A stretch of 64,000 bases of DNA from Bigelowiella natans CCMP2755 (taxonomy: Eukaryota; Protista; Cercozoa): contig ADNK01003025.1 of assembly GCA_000320545.1 (NCBI GenBank), positions 135,750 to 199,749 of the forward strand, in the 5' to 3' direction. Every line of letters starts with the position of its first letter. The first letter of the stretch is position 1. Below, piece after piece: positions 25,160-40,280 of this stretch. The position numbers were made by a program, and so were the translations under genes. A model generated the notes under the pieces. It was not told the DNA's origin. It saw only the letters and a list, made by a program, of their open reading frames with translations, and searched no databases.

Positions 25160-26449
25160 TCATGTAAAACGATGGAAATCTGGTATAAATCTGATAGCTA
25201 ATGTCTATTGTTAAAGTTCATTAGAACCTTCAGAGTAGCTTGCTCGCTCCTGCCATGCAACGCACCTTTACTAATATCTGATGCATGACCTTGCCCTGCT
25301 TCGCATTTGAGAAAGTAAATAATCAGCACTGCGATGCATGATAATATATACGACACTACTTACAATTTCGGCATCGTCATATGTGAACTTAATGAGCGGC
25401 CACGCCATGTGGTTACCCTACACTCTTCAGACGCAATTAGCTACGCGAGGGCTATATGTGTGCATAATGTTTATAGCGCATGCTATATCATAGAGACAGA
25501 GCTCTCTTAAGAGAGCATTGTGTCTCTAGTTAATATTCTATACATATATGCTATATAGCTCCGCATTTCCTTTCAACATCTGTTCGGATGGAAAAAGATA
25601 TTTACAACAAATGCACATGTGTTCGACACAATGTGTCTAAAGAGATAGAGCTCTCTTAGCAGAGTGCTGGTCTCTCTCAAGTGTATCAATGCTTGCCTTA
25701 CCAGCGCGACAAACAATAACAGTAGAGCACGTGGTGCTGAAAAGCATTCCTAAAATTTAGTATTTTAGATGATACATACTATACTAGCTAGAGCAAGCTG
25801 GTATGCCGTGTGATGTGCACGCATGCGTTACTACTAAAAACGATGTTACATCGCATACGCATCTCTAGATCAGATCTGCGCTACATGTGCCGCCCATGCC
25901 ATATCTAGACATGCTCTGTAGCTTTCTAGCTTTGATTAGAGCCTGCAATGGTACATGTGCAGCTGCCATGCACACGTGCTGGTTCAACACCGTTCAAATC
26001 ACTAGCAAGCTAGCTAGACCATCTGACCGTGCATGGCTATGATGATCCAGGTGATGATCGATGCTGCTGATGGTGGTGGATTCAGATGGTGATGACAATT
26101 TAGATGGCACAGCGATGCGAGTGCAATGTGCATGCTGTATTTGCACCATCTGTGTGTCATGCTGCACAATAAGCATGAGTTGAAAGTGGACACTTCAGCC
26201 TGGCAGCCTGCGGATGCGCCAGAAGTTCATGTGTAACCGCGCTCGTAGATCAATGCTAGCTTGTTGCGATGCATGCCTGCCTCAGTGGTGTAGCAGTTCG
26301 ACCCGCATGCACATGTTGCCATTCTTCAAAACCCCATAAATGTCTGCGCTTCTGGCTTTTGGTCGCAGTCGAGTGGAGAATGTCAAACTGACGAGCGCCG
26401 TTCGGATGATCTTACTTGCACAAAATGCATCTCATATCTCAGTTACAAT

Positions 26450-26746
26450 ATTTCGAAATACGATCATATAAAATGTCCTAACCGTCTGCAAAGTAACATC
26501 ATCAAAGTAGACATTACAACGACTCTAAAGCCTGTAGCTATGACATGCAGCTTTTCAGTCTGGCAATACTGGTTCTTCCGATGATATAGGAGGAAAGATG
26601 CAATCCAATGGGAAACGATGCCAGCGTCCGTCTGATCATAGTACCAACGTGATGAAACCTTTTTCTAATTTTGTAATACATATATGTATATATGCACTTG
26701 ATCTAAATATATAATATATTTATATCAATATCAATATATATATAAA

Positions 26747-26789
<43 letters not shown>

Positions 26790-26792
26790 TGT

Positions 26793-26828
<36 letters not shown>

Positions 26829-28632
26829 AACCTGGAAGTTGAGCGATTCAACAGCATACTTGTATTCATTGTCTGCAAATCTGTGACTTCTCAAGGAATA
26901 AAGATCTTTGGCAAACTCTGTGGTGAACTCTGGATGGGTCTGGCGGTTGAAACAGTGAAATTCTCATCTGTCTATAATTGATGGGAGTGAAAAGTGAAGG
27001 GAAAACCTGAATGGTCCAAATGTGTTCTCCTACAGCAAACATCCCAATTGGACAGAAACTTGATCCAGCAAGAAGTTTCGCCTTCGGGGGCATCTCGATG
27101 ACCTGGTCCTAACATGTCCGCACTCAAGACTTTGGGAAACGATGTAATCTTCTAAATTTCTCATCATTAGTCGAGGAAGTGAAGAATCCTGTTTGCGGAT
27201 CCGAAAACATCATGCCAATACTTCCATCAACAGAGCGCACCAAAGCTCCCTACCTGGTGGCTCGCAACTGCTTTCACAGTGTCTATCCTAGGGCTAAACC
27301 ATGGGTGTTCGATTTTCCTGAAAGAGTTCTTGGATATGTATGACACAAACACAGAAAAATCAGCAATAGTAGTGCAGAAATGGTTGGACATGATTATCAC
27401 TCGGTTATCCATAACCTTCTTCCAACTGTATGTATGAACGCCTATTCCCTAAATGAAAAAGCGAATCAGGGATACGAATTTTCGGGTTATGTAACATACT
27501 CGAATGACTCTTCGGAGATTAGATCATAACAAGAGATTGTACCAAAAAAACACTATGGTAGAATGCAGTGAGTATGTCATTGGAATGGTTTTGCTTAGAC
27601 GAGTTTACAAAAGCTTGAGTACCCATCCTTTCCCTGATTTCCCTACCTTCCCACCTTGAGAATAGTATATAATGACCACGTAATCATATGAAAACCCACA
27701 TTTATGAGAACAAATGAAAAAAGATGTGTCACGAGGACACGAAGTAGCATGGTTGCTGAGAGTCTGGTTGCAGTATCGTAAGTGATGGTCTCAGCATGCA
27801 TCGAATACCGAGTGCTTGCGCTACAATTTGATGTCCAAAGCATATGCCTATCAAAGGGTGCTTGATACGATCAGCGCTGCGAACGAAGTCTTCTAAATGC
27901 TGAATCCATTCCTCTTGGTCGTACGCACTGAAAATTGGAGATGAAAAGAGGAGAGGGTTACCTACAGACTTGGGAATATTAATATCAGAACTCTCATTTT
28001 CTTGTATACACGCAGTACAACTCTATATTGCACCTGCTAGGACTGCCTGTGACAATGTACAAGTCACATTCACGTATTTCCAAAGGAAGTTCCTGCTTCT
28101 GTGCGTCGTAGACCCGAAACTGTGTCCTGGATGGAGTTTATGATACGATAACTTTAGCCCGGAACGAGAGTAATAAGGATGATTGGGAAGGCATACGCGA
28201 AGGATGTGGCTTTCTCAGAGCGCTTCTGATCATGTTCTGCGTCCAAAAAATCCACAGTCTCATTCCGTTCCGCCAGCAAGACGAAGTTCCGATATATTTC
28301 TTCAATACTCCTTAGAATGTGGTATAGCCATACACTCAGGGCATGCACACGTTAGCTTCTTTAAATTCACTAGTACCCATGCCTGTTGAGCTTTTGAGGC
28401 GATTCCATGCATTTTATGATCCCAACCGAGTGCACTAAATGCAAAATTGAGTCTCAGCATCTGAGTTAATGAGCGACCGCACAGTTCAAACGACCATACA
28501 CCACCAATTTCTTGTTAAACAAACAATCGAAGCTTTATTCTGTTGTTCGCAGCAGTGCGGCAAGGCTGAATGATGTGTCTGCCGAGAGGCAAAGACTATA
28601 GAACAGACACGTCGACCATGGGGCGAGCTCAT
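26450..28632 (-). CDS. Class I glutamine amidotransferase-like protein (multi-exon; termini approximate)
   Basis: Spliced exons give YIVTGSPS, AYDQEEWI, LIGICFGHQIVAQALGGKV, ASHQDQV, WTIQ-THPEF (Cys-His-Glu triad). Largely missed by the ORF track because the exons are short. Confidence 0.85.
26700..26827. repeat. Compound (TA)n-(TG)n microsatellite in a GATase intron
   Basis: (AT)n run grades directly into (GT)n. A similar (CA)n-(TA)n junction lies at 36858-36912. Confidence 0.9.
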
Positions 28633-28875
28633 CGGCAACGGCCTCAAAGATGGTAAATATTTTAAGCGGAATATATCTATATAAATATTTGAATAACTTG
28701 CAGAAAATTGGCCTTTTAAAGGACATAGTGCATTCCCAAATCTTTGCATTCTTCGGTCAAATGCAGGGTGAATTCTGTGCTATCAGGTCAACGTTGAGCG
28801 AAGCATTTCCAGCTTCTTCCTCGGAGCTGCTTTCCTCCCACCCACCCACAATCTGCCAAACGCAAAGCGTTCACA

Positions 28876-31401
28876 ATGGGAGTCCCTTCGTTTTATCGGT
28901 GGCTTTCAAAAAGGTTGGGGATAAGAAATGGGGCGTGCACGCTGCGGTTGACTAGGGTCTAAGAACTTATTCTGGCATCTTTCCTTTCCAGGTTCCCACG
29001 CATTGTGGTTGACGCAAAAGAGGAAGAGGCAGAAAATGGCAGGGTTGTAGACACAACGAAGTAAGTAGATCTTCTTAGATGTATTTAGCAAACCAAGTTG
29101 GGAGTTTATTCGATGTTTGAATTCTGCAATCACGGTTCTTCATCAGGCCAAATCCAAACGGGGTGGAATATGACAATTTATACTTGGATATGAACGGGTA
29201 TTTCCTTTCCACCCTCGCAATCTGATTGAAATTGGGTTTAATTTATTATTAACCTATGCCTCTCTCTTCGATTTTGAAAAGGATAATCCACCCATGTTGC
29301 CATCCCGAAGATAAGATTGCACCCAGTACCGAGGAGGAAATGATTCTTGAGGTGACATCAGATAACGCTTACAAAATCTCAAGAAAGATGTGTGTGTTCA
29401 AAATTTCCCGTTCCTCCTCCCATATATTTACCAGGTCTTCAAATATATTGACCGGATCTTTGCAATCGTCAGGCCTCGCAAATTAATGTGAGTATTAGCT
29501 ATTGCTCTTGAATGGAAATCGAGGTTGACATATCCTAAATGATTTATTTCTCTCTGTTTCAGATACATGGCGATTGATGGAGTGGCTCCAAGAGCGAAAA
29601 TGAATCAGCAGAGGTTTGAAGTCTAATAAGTTGCGCTAATATACATCAACGCCGAAGCCTGATCACCGAGACATGAACCGTATGCTACCGCAAGATTCAC
29701 CACCCCTCCCTCCTCCTCCTCCTCCTCCTCCTCCTCCTCCTCCTCATATTATTAATAGAAATGATTATGACCACCACCATCATTTTCGTCGTTGTCCATG
29801 TCACACCATTTTTTAATTATTAGATCACGGCGATTCCGGTCGGCGAAGGAGGCAACAGAGAACGCTGAACGCGAGGAAAAGTTGCGCAAAGACTGGATTA
29901 AAAGGTCCCAGACCAAAAAGACTAACTTCTTGGGCTAAAATTTTTTTATGTTTGCTGCTCGCTTCTTCACCCTTATCCCTCGCATGCAAGAGAATATGAT
30001 CCAATTTGAATTCTCGTTTTTTTTTTCCCCTTTGGTTGTGGTCCTAATGTTTCTAGAGGTTTCAAGATACAAGAGAAGCGGCCACCAGCGTGGGACTCCA
30101 ACGTAATTACACCGGGAACACCTTTCATGGACAAGTTAGCAAAGGCCTTGCACTACTATATCCACAAGAGGTTGCAGTCGGATCCCGGGTGGCGCGGTAT
30201 CAAGGTCCGTTTTTCAAAAAAACAACGCAATCAAGTTCAGTCACCCCACACCGAAACAACAGCTGCCCCAGCGAGAGAGTGGGAGCAGTTGCTGGACGCT
30301 GCATGCAGTGCTGCATGTGTCATGATACATGAGATAGGATCGCATGGGCATGCCAACCAAGTTTCCCATATTTGATGATCAAATCGTGATGATAAACACA
30401 GGTCATCTTCTCCGATGCGGCCGTACCTGGGGAGGGGGAGCACAAGATTATGCATTTTATAAGGATGCAAAGGGCACAAAAGAAGTATATAGTCGAATCT
30501 TAATATCCAAACAACAACGAATATATCTCGCTTCCTACAATTGGGAGGGATGAAAGCTAATAGGACTGTTTCTTTGTTTTTATTAGTTACGACCCGAACA
30601 CGAGGCACTGTTTATATGGGATGGACGCCGACCTTATCATGCTTGGTCTCGCCTCTCACGATCCTCATTTCTCGATTATCCGAGAGGTATAGGTGTCTAA
30701 GGGTGCTAGTTTGTGCTGTTTTCGTTGATACAGCAGGGCAGCTATCTGACACTTCTTTGTCGACATCATAACTGAAACAACTAACTTGCTTCGTTCTCTC
30801 TGCTGTTTTTTTCGAATCTGCATCATCTGGCTTGCTCCTCTTTCCAAGATGGTGGTTGACAAGCAGACCGATCAAAAGTGCTGGCGTTGTGGCATGACGG
30901 TCAATTATCCCTCCCCCCCCCTCTCTCTAAAAGCACTCACATGGATTATTGATCTATTTCTTCCCCCGTCCCTTCCTATTTATTTGTAAAGCCTAATCGC
31001 GTAAACGTTTCATGCATTTCAGGGACACATTGCCTCCGAATGCACCGGCGAGATAGAGAAAATGAAGGAGGAGCAGTCGAAAGCAAAGAACCTCAGGTTT
31101 GTAATAGGAAGAGTAGTTTATAACTACTACAACAACAACTACTACTACTAGTAGTACTGCTGCTGCTACAACTGCTACTACTGCTGCTATTCATAAATAA
31201 GTTAATACGCAAGAGCAAGGGGAAAATTCGCTTGTGACTTGGATGATGTTTGCTTAGGCCTTACCAGTTTTTACATATCAACGTTCTACGAGAGTATTTG
31301 GAGAGAGAGCTTATGGTCCACTGTCGGCTTCCTTTTCAGTACGATTTTGAGAAGATGGTCGATGATTGGGTAAATCTAAGCGTTTTTGGTCCATCGTCCC
31401 T

Positions 31402-31446
<45 letters not shown>

Positions 31447-32364
31447 AGCGATCCCCCAAATTGTCATCCCTTCATCACCTGCTACTACGTACGTACCGTG
31501 GTATCTGTTTTGTCCTCCTCCTCTTCCTCCTCAATGATGATTTAGGTGATGCTTTGTTTCCTGGTCGGGAATGACTTTCTCCCTCACCTGCCGTCCCTGT
31601 CGATCCGCGAGGGGGCGATTGTGCTCTTAAGTGACATGTACGTTGCCGTTGCAGAAAATAATTTATTTTGTAGTTGCAGTAGTAATATCGGTGAGTATAG
31701 GTGTACACCGTGATCATCACCGTTGTTGTTGTGTTGATGTCTTCGGTCGTAGGCTGAAGGGGCTTCTCCCTTTCCTCGGTGGATATCTCACTGAAAACAA
31801 CGAAATCAACTTGACTCGCCTGGCCATCTTCCTCAACAAACTCGGGGATAAAGAGGTAGTTGGTTATACACCGTAAGACAGATGGGCCATGATCGGCATA
31901 CCGGTGGTGATGCCGCACCAAGAGGGGGGATGAAAGTATGACGATGATGATGATGACGACGACGATGATGATAACAATGGTGATGTTTATGTCGATGGAG
32001 AGGGGAACGATGATACTGATGCTGGTGCTTTGACATAGTATGTTATGCAGTCAATCGTAACAATAATTCATTTCTTCACTTCTCAGAACGGAATTTTGAT
32101 GAGACGGGGGCAGCGAGACAAGGTGCGAAAAAGCATGATTGACTGCTATGTAAGAGAGGGGTCAACTGTTCTAAAGCAGCAGTAAGTCGTAGCATCAAAG
32201 TGCTTCTTCATCGTGTTCTATTATCGTGGTCCTTCATTTACTTGTTCCTATCATCATTATCATCATCGTCGTCGTCAATGTTTTTCATGTCCAACAACTG
32301 TATGTTTCATCACCGTGAATGCAACGCTTTGCTACCACACCGCGACCAAACGCTACTGCAACCG

Positions 32365-32400
<36 letters not shown>

Positions 32401-35400
32401 TGCACGCAGGCGAGGCGTGCCCGGAATAAGCGAGAGGATGAACTGAGAAAGTGGAACAAGGAGCGAAAGAAAAAAGGTACCTATAAAACGTGAAATGGGG
32501 TGGGTAGATATGCAAATCCAATCTGTATGAGAGCCTGCTGGCTTACGATTCGCTCGTTCATTGTCCTCTCCCCATCCTGCTAATACTTCCTCTACCCCCC
32601 ACTATTACCGACCACCCTGTCAGATCCGAAATTTACGGGGAATTTGATATTCAGCGTCGATACAGGGCATAGGCAAACCCACGTTATGAAAGTAAGTAGC
32701 ACGGTGATTCATCGCAGATGTGAATGTCTGCGACCTACCGAATGATCTCTTCTCCCTTGCATAAACATTTGTTCTAAATATCTTCGTCATCGTGGGTTTG
32801 TTTCCCTGCTCTGCCTTTTCAGCAACAAGGTGCTGCTGCTGCTGCTGCTGCTCCACAACCAAAGGTAGAACCCCCCTCTGCAGATAAGAACAAAGCCGCA
32901 GCTGCAGCCTTGAGGAAAAGGCTCAAGCGGAAGATTAGTGCAGCTAGTAAGGATGTGTCGGTTGACGCGGAGAAGGCTGGCGTCGTTGTCAAGAAGGAAG
33001 ACCCCGATAAGCAACCTGCAGAGCAAAATGGGATCTCGGAGCAGGCAGAAGGAGGTCGTTCATTCCTAATTCTTTTTTGTCTCCATAATTAAAATCACCC
33101 AAATATTGAAGATGAAGAGGGGATGGTAGGGGCTGTGAATAGATTCTTAGAGTCTGCTGTAAAGGCTGCTGCTCACGGCTGCTGCTGCGTTTATCAACGT
33201 GTATGTGCGTAGGTAGCGTAACGAACATGAAGGTGGAAGGCGGTGACGATGGCAAAAATGCGGTGGTAAAGGAGGAGAAGATGGATGATAATAATGATCA
33301 CGCAATTAAGAAGAAAGTCGTAGATAGTGGCAGTAAAGATAATTCTAGTACCCATGAAAAACCCCAAAAACGTGCGCGCTCAGAAGACTTCAAGGCTAAC
33401 AAGGTGAGAGGGAGAGGGAATGCTGGAGTTTGCTGTGAAAAAATCATTATCATTTTTGGTTTCCACTCGCTTTCATCTCTGACTTCCAGTTGTAAATGCT
33501 GTTGTTAAAGGGGAAGGCCGAGTTTGAGAAAAAGGACGCAAAGGAGGAAATCGGTAATGCGACCGAGTGTAGTTTGCACATTTGTCATTGAGAAGCTGCT
33601 GTTCGTCTTGATAGTGGTCATGGTCCAACGATCGGCTGTATATTGCAATTCCAATTATATGTGTTGGGTTGTGGTTTGGCGTATTGTGTTGTGCATGGAT
33701 TTCGTTGCAATAATATGGGTTGTTGTAACTTGTTGTGTTTGTGCATGGATTTTGAAACGCAGCCGCACAGAAAGAGGCTGCTCCCCCATCCTCCCTCTCT
33801 ACTGTGGATTCTTCGTCCTCCTCTGCGGAGAGACTCCAGAAAACAGATCCAGAGCTCCGAAAGGACATGGCAGATTGGTGAGCAAAAGAACAACAGAATT
33901 CGTGACATTAATCATAATGTCAGTTGAGAACATTGAGTTTCAATCTGCACGCCCCCGCTCCCTCCCCTCTCCCCCTCTCCCTTCCTCAGGGAACTCGCCA
34001 AAGTCGAATTCATCAACCCAGAGACCGATTACCGCATGGCCGTGAAGCAGAAGAACGTGAAGGCGAACATGATAGAAAACCCTAAGGATGACATTCGATT
34101 TGGGGAGGAAGGCTGGAAGGAGCGGTAAGAAAGAGGAGGATATGTTGCGAGCGACGTGCGAAAGATGACATACATCCCCGCAGTCCACACATTGCACTTT
34201 CGTCGTGTGAAATCCGATCACGTGAGTATTTTGCATCAAAGGTACTACAAGATAAAGATGGGCATCGACATCGCAAACAAGACGAAGGATGAAAAATACC
34301 GAGAGCTGCTGCTCAAGTACACGGAGGGACTGGTTTGGGTATACAGGTATTACTACCAAGGATGCACTTCATGGAGCTGGTTCTTCCCATTCCACTACTC
34401 GCCGATGGCCTCGGATCTCGGCGGAATCGACGAATTCGAGATGAAATTCAACCTTGACAAGCCGTTCAAGCCTCTGGGCCAGCTGATGGGGGTTCGTTAG
34501 TTCGTTGTTCGTTCGTAGTAGAGCTCGCACCCACGCACGCACATGGCTACTGCTGCGGCGGATGATTACAGCACTTCCTCCTACCCAAACGAAGCCTGTT
34601 CTTCTTCCATACGCGTTTTTCTCTCACCTTTCGTACTGTACATGCACTGAAATGAGGGGGGTCGATGGCTTGAGTCAACATTTGACCGAAGCATCGTCTA
34701 TCACACGTACATATATAATCAACGAATCGTGCTTGTTCTCACCACGACACATGACCATCGTTGTTGCTATTGTTTTCGACGAAAATAGGTTTTGCCGTCG
34801 CACAGCGCCCACTGTCTTCCCCCCAAGTGCAAGTACGTGTTAACATAGAGAGAGAAGGAAAGGAAAATGGGGCAGTTACTTGCCGATGATGGGGGGGGGG
34901 GGGGGAGGGGATAAGAGACATTAAAGGGGACGTAACTACCGTTCATCATTCCTTTGCAATGTCGCATATTTTCGAGCGTCATTCCCTCGATACGAAAGTT
35001 CTGTGGAATATGCTGGCGATGCTCTATTATTGCTGACACTATTCTGCTACTGCTGCTATAATCAACCGTATAGAGAATTGATGACGAGTGACGATTCGCC
35101 AATTAAGGACTTTTACCCTACTGACTTTGCACTCGATCTCAATGGTCAGTAATGAACCTCGTGAGAGGGAGGGGGGGGGGGGGGGGATAATAGTGGTTTT
35201 GATGACGAAGATGATGTTGATCAAACACCCTGATGATAATGCATTTGGTCTGCCTTGCTATTTCGTAGTTCAAAACATCTATAGTCAGTAGTATCATTTC
35301 ACCCTCATATCATTTGTCGTCATTTGATGATGTTGCTCATTTCTATTGCAGGGAAAAAGTACACATGGCAAGCGGTGGCACTATTGCCTTGGATCGATGA

Positions 35401-36877
35401 GAAGCGTCTCCAAGCGCAGATGGAAAAGGTAAGAGGATGATGATAACGACGGTGATGATTGTGATAGTAGCAGTGACTAGCGTGCTCGAGGATTTATCCT
35501 CCATCCGACTTTCTTCTTTCTCTTCCCCTATTAGATTGAAGCAACGTTAACGGAAGAAGAGAAGGAAAGGAATAAAATGGGATTCAATCTGGTATTAGGC
35601 CATCACTCTACGATGAGTTGTGATGATGATGATGATGATAATGATGATGAAAATGATAATAATGGCAATGATGGTGATGCTGACGTCAACATAGGAGATA
35701 TCTTCTTTCTTCTCTCTCTCCCTTCCTCCCTCCCCTCCCCCCCCTCTCTTACAACGACGTTATCTATACATACACATACACAAACACATACACACACACA
35801 CACACACACAATGTACTTGATATGATATGAAGGTGTTCGTGCACAAGGGACACCCGTTGGCCAATCACCTGTGTTCCATATATTCGGTATGCAGTCGTAA
35901 CATTTCGCACAGCATTGCTGTTTTCGCTGTTTGTCGACTACAAGCACCCTCATCTTGCTTTGTCGTGTGTGTGTGTGTGTGTGTCGTGGTAGGAATTCAA
36001 GGGCAGGCATTCCCACATGAGCAACGAGGAATTGCTCGAACACAAATCGGAGCTGGACTACAATCAGGGAGGCTTATCAGGGTGCTGCTGTCATTTCATT
36101 ATCCATCATCGTCATCATCGACATCATCATCATCATTATCATGAATATTTTTTCTCACTTCTATGGTGGCGGTGATCAGGTTCGTCATACCATACCAAGA
36201 TGCTATTACTCCAGGCGACGAATCATTCACCAAGCTAGAACTTCCACCGCTCAAAGACCTCCCGTAAACAATCACACTAGCTAAATACCTTCCAGATGAA
36301 TGAAGTCTCTGTACGACAACAGCAACCTAATCCCCTTTGAAGCACGTCGCCGTCCCCATCACCTTTTAATCCCTTTCGACGGGCCCCCTCTTCCTTCTTC
36401 TCGCTTATTCTCTAACTACGTGCTCTCATTCCCGTTAACAACTCCCCGTCGATGTCAGGGTCGTTTCCGCCAGATTTGAAGACCCTCTTGAAGGCAAGCA
36501 CACATCAAAACTGCTGAGCACTCTTACGCCACCACCGCGTATCCTCAACGATATGGATTTCGTTCAAGATAGGTAGTGTTTTGGGGGTGAGGGATGATCT
36601 AAAGCGTTGTTCTTATCATCATTCGTTGCTATTCACCTGCATATCTGGGGTTTTTCCCTGTCCTCAATGGCTCGTCATTTGTCACCTATGACGCAATAAC
36701 GAGCTGAGAACTGCAACAATGATAATAACAAACGATCATAACAAAAGGCGCGGAAACTACGGTGGAAGGCCACGGCACCAGAACTTCCAGACGACAGGAT
36801 TAAAGGGAATGGATGGAAACTGGTGGTGCACACGACACCAATGACATGATGATAATGACACACACACACACACACAC

Positions 36878-36914
<37 letters not shown>

Positions 36915-37779
36915 GCATGTGCACCCAGTGGTGCTCCTGACGCACTGACATTGATGTGAATGCTGCTAGTCGTACACTATCTCAACCTCAAATCGCTTAT
37001 TCTTTCAACTCTTCAGGTCTCGAAACGCCTACGCGAACGCTAACATGGCGAGACACCTCCCGCAGATGCAAAGGGCTGCCATGCAAATGAGCGGAGGACG
37101 AGGCAGGATGGGGGGGATGCAGCGAGGAGGCGGCATGATGCAGCAGCAGCAGCAGCGCTCTTTCGGTGGCAGAGGCATGATGCATGGTGGTCGCTATCGA
37201 CACCAGTCTAATCAGGCGTTGTTTATGGGCGGCCGCGGAAGGCACAACCGTGGCGGGGCGATGATGTCGTCAAGAGGTGGATACGGTAGGGGAGGCGGAT
37301 ATGGAATGAGGGGGGGACGACGTGGCGGCTACACGAGGGGTAGAGGTCGGTCATCATCATGATCATCATAACCGTCGCTATCATACTAGAATACCAAACT
37401 AACTCTCTGATCTATAAAAAGGAGGCTACACAGCACCCAACCATGGAGCTAGGGGCGCGTCGTCTTTATCAAGCCGCAGAGGCTCGAGAGGCGGTTACAT
37501 CGCACCACGCGGGGGTGGTGGTGGTGGTGGTGGTGGTGGTGGTGGTGGGTATGGCGGTAGTATGCAGAGCCGCCAAAACTTTCAGGTATAATGCCATTCG
37601 TTGCGGTGGTGATGGAGGCTATATTTTAATTCTCGTCATTAACAACCACAACTGTGTAGAGGGACTTTGGAGCGTCTGGAAACTCGTATGCTGCCCTAGG
37701 AAACCTTCATGGAACCTTTAGAGGAGGACGGCGTGGAAGAAATCCTAGAAGTGGTACGAGAGGTGGATATTACAGGTGA
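28876..37779 (+). CDS. XRN2: 5'-3' exoribonuclease 2 (Rat1/XRN2), highly intron-rich, with CCHC knuckle and RGG tail
   Basis: Exons encode [97 protein letters not shown] and an RGG-rich end (GGYYR*). Confidence 0.92.
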
Positions 37780-39131
37780 AGCAGCACAATCGGATGGATG
37801 ATGGACATGTGCGATGCGGATAGTCTAGCAGTAGCTGTTTGTGCTTTTCTGCTTTCGGACGTAGTATCAGAATGCTCTCCAGATTTGAACTTACGTGCAT
37901 TCCTCATTCCGATGCTCGATTTATAACAGTTACGATAGATGTACCAACATGTTGCATTGATAGTTTGGAATGCAAATTGCAACAAAACGGAAGCTAGGAA
38001 ACTCATATATACGTGCTGTAACCTAAATGAAAAGAATGACCAGAGGACATGAATGTGGACTACTTAATACGATGTGCTTCGTGTTTCATGATTTAAGTTG
38101 TCAATGATCGTTGCATTTCGATACATTAGTCGATCATTGCTCTTCACGTACGACATGTTTAGATGTGCTGGCTAGCTGGGCCTACGAGCTAGCTAGTGGG
38201 CCAGCTAGCCAGGCTAGCAGGCATGTCTAGCGATGCACGATGTCTAATTGCACCTGCTCCCCAATATAGGGCTATATAGCGTACGCACGTACGAACATAT
38301 GTAGTTTCTAATATAATTTTTACCAACATATGTTCTATACCACATATATCAAATAATTAAGTGTTCAAGCACACACGAGTTTAGTCACATATGTGTCCCA
38401 GAGAACATGTGTTCTGAATCCGGGTACGCTCTATAGCTAGATAGCCTAATATGTAGGGCTACATCTAAACATACTCCTGCTGCAACTTTTGCATGCTAGC
38501 ATGCGGAGCGCTTCTAGCTAGCTAGCAGCAGTCACTGCTATATGTGAGATTCACAGCGATTGCCTTCTCCTTCATGCTAGCATGCTGGATGAACATGTCG
38601 TCTAGATATCTTCAATCTAGATAACTAGCTAGCTAGACTAATAAGTAGATGCGTTAAGTTGTCGAAGGTTAATTATATAATCTAGCTAGTAATGTCACAT
38701 CAGATCGACATCATCAATGCTAGAATGCGATCGATCGGCGAACCTAGCTACTAGCTACTAACAAATATGCATTTGAGGTATGCATAGGCATCACATGCAA
38801 GCTTAGCATGGCATGTCTAGATGTACACATCTGCTAGGCGTAGCCATGCATGTAGTCCTAGAGTCCCTAGATACAGCGAGGGTCATGCCGATCTAGGTTA
38901 TTGACGTCTAGTCAGGCGCAGTACGTGCCGACCGTGGTGGTACCAAAAGGTTAGCTATCATCGCGTACGCTATTTGTAACTATGGTAGAATATTAGATAC
39001 GTTGCAAAATTGGCACGTACTCTGTCAAGAGGTTTTATTATCGAGTAAATATTTACACGGAGAACAAAATAAATCCTCTAGTTTGTGATAAATCCTAACT
39101 GCTACTCAAAAGCAAAAAATAGAACATAGTT

Positions 39132-40280
39132 TCACTTTTTATACATTTTTTTCTTCTCTGCAGGTTTGAGAATTTGGAACGAGCACATGAGGGTTTCATC
39201 AACACTCATCATTGCACCAGCGTTGTCGAATTCCCCGCAGTAGTTGGGGGCAGAGAAGATTGTGACCAGTCGTCTCTTCGCAAAAAATTCGTACCCGTCC
39301 TCAACTACTTGGTGAGCTCTACATACCAAGTCAAGATCGTATTTCTTAAGGAATTTAGCTACCATGTCAGCACCAAACGTGAATGACACTCCTCGGTCAT
39401 TTTCACCCCAGCCTTCGATTTCTTTATCTGGATCTGACCAGAGGAGGTCGCATAAGATACCCGAATCAGGGACATCCGTTGGTCTGAGAATTTGTCTGAC
39501 TTGTTCCATGGAATGGTGTTCTGGAGAAAGACCACCGTGAATGCAGAAAATTTTTTCATCTACAATTGCAGCTACGGGGAGGCAGTTGAAACAGTCTGTG
39601 AAAGTCTTCCACAACTTAATGCCGTTTTTATATCTACGTTTGCACTCATCGTAGAAACCGTAGATACGGTTGATTGAGGCGCATTCATGATTACCCCTTA
39701 GAAGGAAAAAGTTTTCTGGATACTTAATTTTGTATGCGAGCAACAAGCAGATTGTTTCCAAACTCTGCTTTCCGCGATCCACATAATCCCCAAGGAAGAG
39801 ATAATTTGCATCAGGAGGGAAACCTCCATACTCAAAGAGGCGTAGGAGGTCAAAGTACTGCCCATGTATGTCCCCTACTATCTTGATAGGAGCTTCAAGC
39901 TCCAAAAGCATAGGCTGAGCGATGAAAATATCCCTCGATTTGAGACATAAACCCTTTACCTGCAAGAAAATTCGATTATAACATGTTTCGAAGCGGCTAC
40001 TCTATTGAAAATCATTGCATGTAGATTACGACAAACCAACACATGAATGGAAAAAAAGGGTGATAGGATCAACTCAATACAAACTCAATTCAGAAGGATT
40101 TGGCATTAGGCAGAGTCCAAAAAATAGGGACGCTGAATGATGATTATCTAAGCACAAAATCTCGATTATTACCTCATCTTCTGCAAGTTGAACCTGTTTT
40201 CCAGGTTTCTGGCCGCACACCTCCAACAGCCTTGTGATGATGCTGTCGATGTCTAGTGATATCTTCTTCTTCGAGTTCAT
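39132..40280 (-). CDS. PP1: Ser/Thr protein phosphatase 1 catalytic subunit. Exons 40280-40173, 39959-39132
   Basis: [37 protein letters not shown] motifs. Single intron joins AEDE|VKGLC. Confidence 0.95.
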
